Sequence record: NC_027349.1
Length of the DNA: 64,000 nucleotides
Direction: 5' to 3' (one strand)
DNA from: Escherichia phage HY01
Shown: piece after piece, positions 59,419 through 64,000 of the stretch
How the letters are laid out: each line of letters opens with the position of its first letter
Numbering within the stretch: the stretch's first letter is position 1
The notes under the pieces: model-generated
The model's input: the letters and a program-made list of their open reading frames with translations, nothing else
Told to the model about the DNA's origin: nothing
The model's database searches: none
Position numbers and translations under genes: made by a program

Positions 59419-59880
59419 TCATTGAGTTTTAATTACTGCTTTAGAAGCCTTTCCTGGTAAACGACGACTGTTAATAATTGCCATCCTGCACTGAAGCGAC
59501 GGGTCTTTGAACTTCGCATTAGGTTTACAAACTGTAAATCCAAGCCAAAGATTTCCATCTGTGATTTCTAAACGCCCAGGACGATATTCAACCCCATCAA
59601 TAAAATCCTCGTCAATGTCAGGACGCGGAGGCATACTCAGGAATTCATTAACTTCTAAAACATGGTCTTTTATTTTGTGGAATAATTCAAAAACATATGT
59701 CTCATCAATCTCCCGTTGAATTGCACGATCAAGAAGATGTTGAGAATATTTTAGATGAAACGATGAGACCCCTGCTGCTTTTGATGCCTCACGAATCTCA
59801 TTGTTAATTTGACGAAACTCCGACTCAAAGTGACGACGGAGCTTATTTCGACGGATAAAAACTTCTGTGTTGATAGTCAT
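59419..59880 (-). CDS. regB: RegB endoribonuclease
   Basis: 153 aa; matches T4 RegB as recalled. Confidence 0.88.
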   Translation of the reverse strand: MTINTEVFIRRNKLRRHFESEFRQINNEIREASKAAGVSSFHLKYSQHLLDRAIQREIDETYVFELFHKIKDHVLEVNEFLSMPPRPDIDEDFIDGVEYRPGRLEITDGNLWLGFTVCKPNAKFKDPSLQCRMAIINSRRLPGKASKAVIKTQ

Positions 59881-59939
59881 GTTATTCTCCTCTTAACTGA
59901 TAGAAAAATTATACCACAGTCAAGAGGAAAAGTAAACAG

Positions 59940-60260
59940 TTATTCTTTAAATCTAATCAATTTATTCATAGACTTTGAAACTTCTGCACGAACCTCATGT
60001 AGGTTTTTGAGCTGTTCAAGACGCTGCTCATAGTAAGCAATTTCATCTTCTTCGAGACAGTCCTGTGAATCTTCTTTAAGATAACGTGCATAGTCCTGGA
60101 AAGCTTTACGGACTACTTCCTGGAAGTCATCAAGACTTTGAATTTTCTTAGGAGCAACAGATACACGACGAGGGGCAGTATAATACTCATAACCAAACCC
60201 TACGCTTAATTGAGCCATTAATATTTTTCCTCTGGTTGGAACACAGCACGACAAGCCCAC
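59940..60260 (-). CDS. vs.3: hypothetical protein
   Basis: 106-aa ORF. Confidence 0.4.
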   Translation of the reverse strand: MGLSCCVPTRGKILMAQLSVGFGYEYYTAPRRVSVAPKKIQSLDDFQEVVRKAFQDYARYLKEDSQDCLEEDEIAYYEQRLEQLKNLHEVRAEVSKSMNKLIRFKE

Positions 60261-60484
60261 ATACTGGCTTCTTTGAGTTTCGTTTTAGCAATAGTTAACT
60301 GATCGAGGCTTTCAGCATAATTCTTTGCGAATTCACAGTCTTCACAATTATCCAGTGCTTCCCAGAATTCATCATATAAAGCATCAAAGATAAGTCCTAA
60401 ACGAACTTCAGCGTCTTTGATAGCATTCACTTTACCGATTTTCTCTTCAGTGTGCGGCTTATAACCTTTAATGTCTTCAATCAT
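60218..60484 (-). CDS. hypothetical acidic protein (vs.4 position; Acb2-like by synteny only)
   Basis: 88-aa ORF two genes upstream of regB. Confidence 0.4.
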   Translation of the reverse strand: MIEDIKGYKPHTEEKIGKVNAIKDAEVRLGLIFDALYDEFWEALDNCEDCEFAKNYAESLDQLTIAKTKLKEASMWACRAVFQPEEKY

Positions 60485-60698
60485 ATTCTACTTCCTCACC
60501 TGTTCCCAAATCATATTCAACTAAACGAATAGGCTCATGAATGCCATATCCTTGAACAGAAATTTCTGTCGTAGGATAAATTCCATTAATATCACCCATG
60601 TTCCACGCTTCATTAAATTGCTGTTCGCCTGAATTACTAAACCACTCGGCGAAAGCATTTAGCACATCTTTAGAACCTTCAATAATTATCTTTGCCAT
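60477..60698 (-). CDS. hypothetical small acidic protein
   Basis: 73-aa ORF. Confidence 0.4.
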   Translation of the reverse strand: MAKIIIEGSKDVLNAFAEWFSNSGEQQFNEAWNMGDINGIYPTTEISVQGYGIHEPIRLVEYDLGTGEEVEYD

Positions 60699-61060
60699 TA
60701 CAAACTCTCAGTAAAGGTACGAGCGATAACGTCGCGCTGCTGTTCCGGAGTCAGAGAGTTAAAGCGAACTGCATATCCGGATACACGGATGGTCAGCTGC
60801 GGATATTTTTCCGGATGCTTAACTGCATCTTCCAGAGTTTCACGACGCAGAACGTTTACGTTCAGGTGTTGACCACCCTCAATTTTAACTGTAGGCTGTG
60901 TTTCAATTTCAATTTCACGGGCATGCAAACCATAGAAAATTTCTGGGTCTACAAAAGAGTCCTCTTTAAAAGTTTTAGAGACAATAATTCGTGCTTGAAT
61001 ACCGTCTTCAAAATAAATAGTACCTTTATGCGTGCCTTCAAGAATTTGATATGCTTTCAT
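60698..61060 (-). CDS. autonomous glycyl-radical cofactor (GrcA/YfiD-like)
   Basis: 120 aa; C-terminal about 60 residues [61 protein letters not shown] match E. coli GrcA as recalled. Confidence 0.8.
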   Translation of the reverse strand: MKAYQILEGTHKGTIYFEDGIQARIIVSKTFKEDSFVDPEIFYGLHAREIEIETQPTVKIEGGQHLNVNVLRRETLEDAVKHPEKYPQLTIRVSGYAVRFNSLTPEQQRDVIARTFTESL

Positions 61061-61070
61061 ATAACCCCTC

Positions 61071-61451
61071 TCAATTAGAAAATAAATTTATCCAAGATTG
61101 CTCTTTAATTAAAAATGGCTCAGAATCATATGCCATTAAACTTTGGGTAATTAGTCCTTTAAAAGGCCCATCAATAAATTCCATGGTAAAATATGGAATT
61201 TTATTCATTAATCTTGCATTAGGAGCAGTGCATAAAACTCTGCATCCTTTGAATACACCTTTTTGTAATTTGTATTGCTTAGGATAAAATTCACTCAAGA
61301 CGTTGTTATTTGCCAAAATTTCAAAATGATTCACCAATTTATTTTTAATAGTTTTTGGCGAAAAATAAAGATATTCGAAAAGTTGCGTGTCTGTCATCAT
61401 TGCATTCCGATTATGAAAAACTGTGGACGAGTAATACCACCAATGCAACAT
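61071..61451 (-). CDS. hypothetical protein
   Basis: 126-aa ORF (start probably internal). Confidence 0.35.
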   Translation of the reverse strand: MLHWWYYSSTVFHNRNAMMTDTQLFEYLYFSPKTIKNKLVNHFEILANNNVLSEFYPKQYKLQKGVFKGCRVLCTAPNARLMNKIPYFTMEFIDGPFKGLITQSLMAYDSEPFLIKEQSWINLFSN

Positions 61452-61984
61452 TTACTATTGCAACAGTGGTGCACAGTTTCAATATGAATATCGTAAATTT
61501 TATCCATATCAGGAGATTTAACAGGCTCATCAATTATATACAAAATCCGCGAAAGCGATAAACCTCTGAACTTGCTTCCTTTATTACCGATAAAACTACG
61601 GACAGAATCGGTAAATAAGCGGAATCGAATATCATCGCCAGAATAACGAGAAAATTCTTTTTTAATGTGGCCCGCAGAAATTTTAGCGTAAGCTGAAGTA
61701 TTAGAAAGAACAATAACTGTTCCACCATCATACAGCCAATTAGCAGCAAAGTTAGTCACAGCAGTTGATTTACCGGATTGTCTGCCACCATCTAATCGAA
61801 GTGTGCAATACTGCTTGAGTAAGTCTTCAAATGGTGGGATATAATCGTTTTTACAAATTTCTTCTACTCTAGCATCAGAATGGTGTGTAAAAGCATTCAT
61901 CAGGGATAGATAAGGACCAGTTAAAAATGTTCTCATTTTATTCTCTCTAAATTTGGGCCATTCCATGGCGCATGAATTGTCCAT
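61397..61984 (-). CDS. P-loop NTPase-like protein
   Basis: 195-aa ORF with Walker A GGRQSGKST and a Cys cluster HHCCNSKCC; start may be the internal Met near 61936. Confidence 0.45.
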   Translation of the reverse strand: MDNSCAMEWPKFRENKMRTFLTGPYLSLMNAFTHHSDARVEEICKNDYIPPFEDLLKQYCTLRLDGGRQSGKSTAVTNFAANWLYDGGTVIVLSNTSAYAKISAGHIKKEFSRYSGDDIRFRLFTDSVRSFIGNKGSKFRGLSLSRILYIIDEPVKSPDMDKIYDIHIETVHHCCNSKCCIGGITRPQFFIIGMQ

Positions 61985-62089
61985 TTCTGTATTTACCCAT
62001 TACCGCACTTGGGCTCGACCTTATTACAGGTTGGCGGGAATCCCTCACAGAATCATGAGGTCCAGGTTGTTCCCATATTTCTTATTTGC

Positions 62090-62563
62090 TTATTTGAATG
62101 ATTTAACGTACTGAATAGAACCTTTACTATTTACAAAGGCAATTTTACCATTTTTATTGTACATAGTAGCAGTACGCTGATAACCATAAGTTTGTTTACC
62201 AGATTGATAACCAACTAATGCGAAATTATCTTCGCCCATTTTATTCTGTTTAGCGCGGATGCGTTCATGACCGTGTGCCATAAGAACCTTAGCATCACCA
62301 GTTGAAATTGATCTACGAGTTTTTTCATCTTCAACTGTATTAACAAAGTCGTCAAATGAATCAAATTTAGCATGGGATTTATTATACAGTTTTCCATCTA
62401 CTGCATAATTATATCCCTGTACATCCATCTCAACTTCTGTACCATCATCCAATACAGCAGTGATTTTTTGACCTTTTTTAAATTTCAAAAGATCAGTAAA
62501 AGATTCAGCAATAATTTGAGAATTAATAGCTGCTTCAGTGATAAATTCTTGATATGTTTTCAT
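62090..62563 (-). CDS. capsid-targeted internal protein (IP family), distinct from T4 IPII/IPIII
   Basis: 157 aa beginning MKTYQEFITEA (capsid targeting sequence consensus); between denV and e. Confidence 0.65.
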   Translation of the reverse strand: MKTYQEFITEAAINSQIIAESFTDLLKFKKGQKITAVLDDGTEVEMDVQGYNYAVDGKLYNKSHAKFDSFDDFVNTVEDEKTRRSISTGDAKVLMAHGHERIRAKQNKMGEDNFALVGYQSGKQTYGYQRTATMYNKNGKIAFVNSKGSIQYVKSFK

Positions 62564-62572
62564 ATGTTTCCT

Positions 62573-62989
62573 TTAAATGTAAATATTTTTGCCGTAATAC
62601 TTGTACCAGTGTGGCTTCATTAAAATTTTTTTATCGAGTCGTTGTTGACTCAATTTAATAGCTGATTTGCATGGATTATAATCATTTTTCCATTCTGCTG
62701 GAATATCGCTGATGTCAGGAACTTCAGTATCTTTTATACTAAACCCACGTTTTAAGCATTCCATTATAATGTCTGATTGACGCTTTCGCAAAAATTCTAA
62801 CTTGTCGTAAAAGAACGTAACATGACCAGAACCTAAAATAAACTCGGAAGATATTTTAAAATCTTTAACCCGCTTACCATTTGCCACGTGTTTACGAACT
62901 ATACCAAAAACGCGTGGCAATTCACGGTATTCTGCGATTAAATGTTGATCAGCAAGTTCAGATACTAAAGTCAAATTAATACGAGTCAT
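62573..62989 (-). CDS. denV: endonuclease V (pyrimidine dimer DNA glycosylase)
   Basis: 138 aa [17 protein letters not shown]...; matches T4 endo V family. Confidence 0.9.
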   Translation of the reverse strand: MTRINLTLVSELADQHLIAEYRELPRVFGIVRKHVANGKRVKDFKISSEFILGSGHVTFFYDKLEFLRKRQSDIIMECLKRGFSIKDTEVPDISDIPAEWKNDYNPCKSAIKLSQQRLDKKILMKPHWYKYYGKNIYI

Positions 62990-63048
62990 TTTATCCCTCC
63001 AAGTAACTGTGAATATACTATCACAATTCTAGGAGAAAGTAAACCACT

Positions 63049-63579
<531 letters not shown>

Positions 63580-63580
<1 letters not shown>

Positions 63581-63990
63581 TAAAAGAGGCTGTTCATTAT
63601 TCGGTAAAGTGAAGGACCCATCACATATTGCCACTGGGTACGAGGAATAAGAGCAAAAGCGTCCATCTCTGGAATCATAATGCCATCTTTATTTTCAAAA
63701 TAAGACTCACAATGGCAATTTCTAAACATCTCATGCTCTACTGGAATCGTATAATAAAATAACTGTAAGTCTTTATTACTAGAATATTTAAATACACCTA
63801 GGTCTTCTAGAAGGTCTGGATTATAATTGCTAAAACCAGTCTCTTCTAAACATTCTCTTCGTGCTGCATCTAGTGCGTTTAAATCAGAATTTTCTACGCG
63901 GCCCTTTGGGATATCCCAGCGATGTGCCATCATTCCAGGCTTACGAGAACCAGTAACCCGACCCATAAATAAATCTTTATCTTCTGTCAT
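63580..63990 (-). CDS. nudE: Nudix hydrolase
   Basis: 136 aa with Nudix box GRVENSDLNALDAARRECLEETGF. Confidence 0.85.
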
Positions 63991-64000
63991 AAAGATAATA

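Noticed and set aside
61940-62089. Possible tRNA or small RNA gene in the GC-rich segment
   Set aside because: Could not fold a cloverleaf with a T-loop or anticodon arm on either strand by eye; kept only as an unexplained GC-rich segment.

Overview
This 64-kb window reads as the early/middle-gene arm of a T4-like (T-even, Tequatrovirus-type) coliphage, colinear with the T4 map from rIIA through lysozyme e and nudE. About 100 tightly packed genes lie almost entirely on the minus strand, separated by GTTTAC/-10 early promoters, MotA-box middle promoters, TATAAATA late promoters and GC-rich UUCG-tetraloop hairpins. Recognised genes include rIIA, the split topoisomerase II (39, mobA, gene 60 with its 50-nt translational bypass), dexA, dda, modA/modB, soc, 56, 61, sp, dmd, 41, uvsX, 42, imm, 43, regA, 62/44/45, 46/47, alpha-gt, 55, nrdH/nrdG/nrdD, 49, nrdC, rI, tk, regB, denV, an internal protein, e and nudE. 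From memory of T4 (not checked against any database) the window appears to differ at several loci: nrdD is intron-less, a 282-aa protein replaces beta-gt, no dam-sized gene lies between 56 and 61, and there is a single divergent internal protein. The most interesting unexplained content is in the nrdC-to-rI plastic region: a four-gene cassette ending in a Pol-beta-type nucleotidyltransferase, four tandem paralogues with coiled-coil tails, and two P-loop ATPases. Also notable are a macro-domain protein, a host-like GrcA glycyl-radical cofactor, and a lone plus-strand membrane ORF between 56 and 61. All homology calls are from reading the ORF translations; coordinates of small features I derived myself may be off by 1-2 nt.
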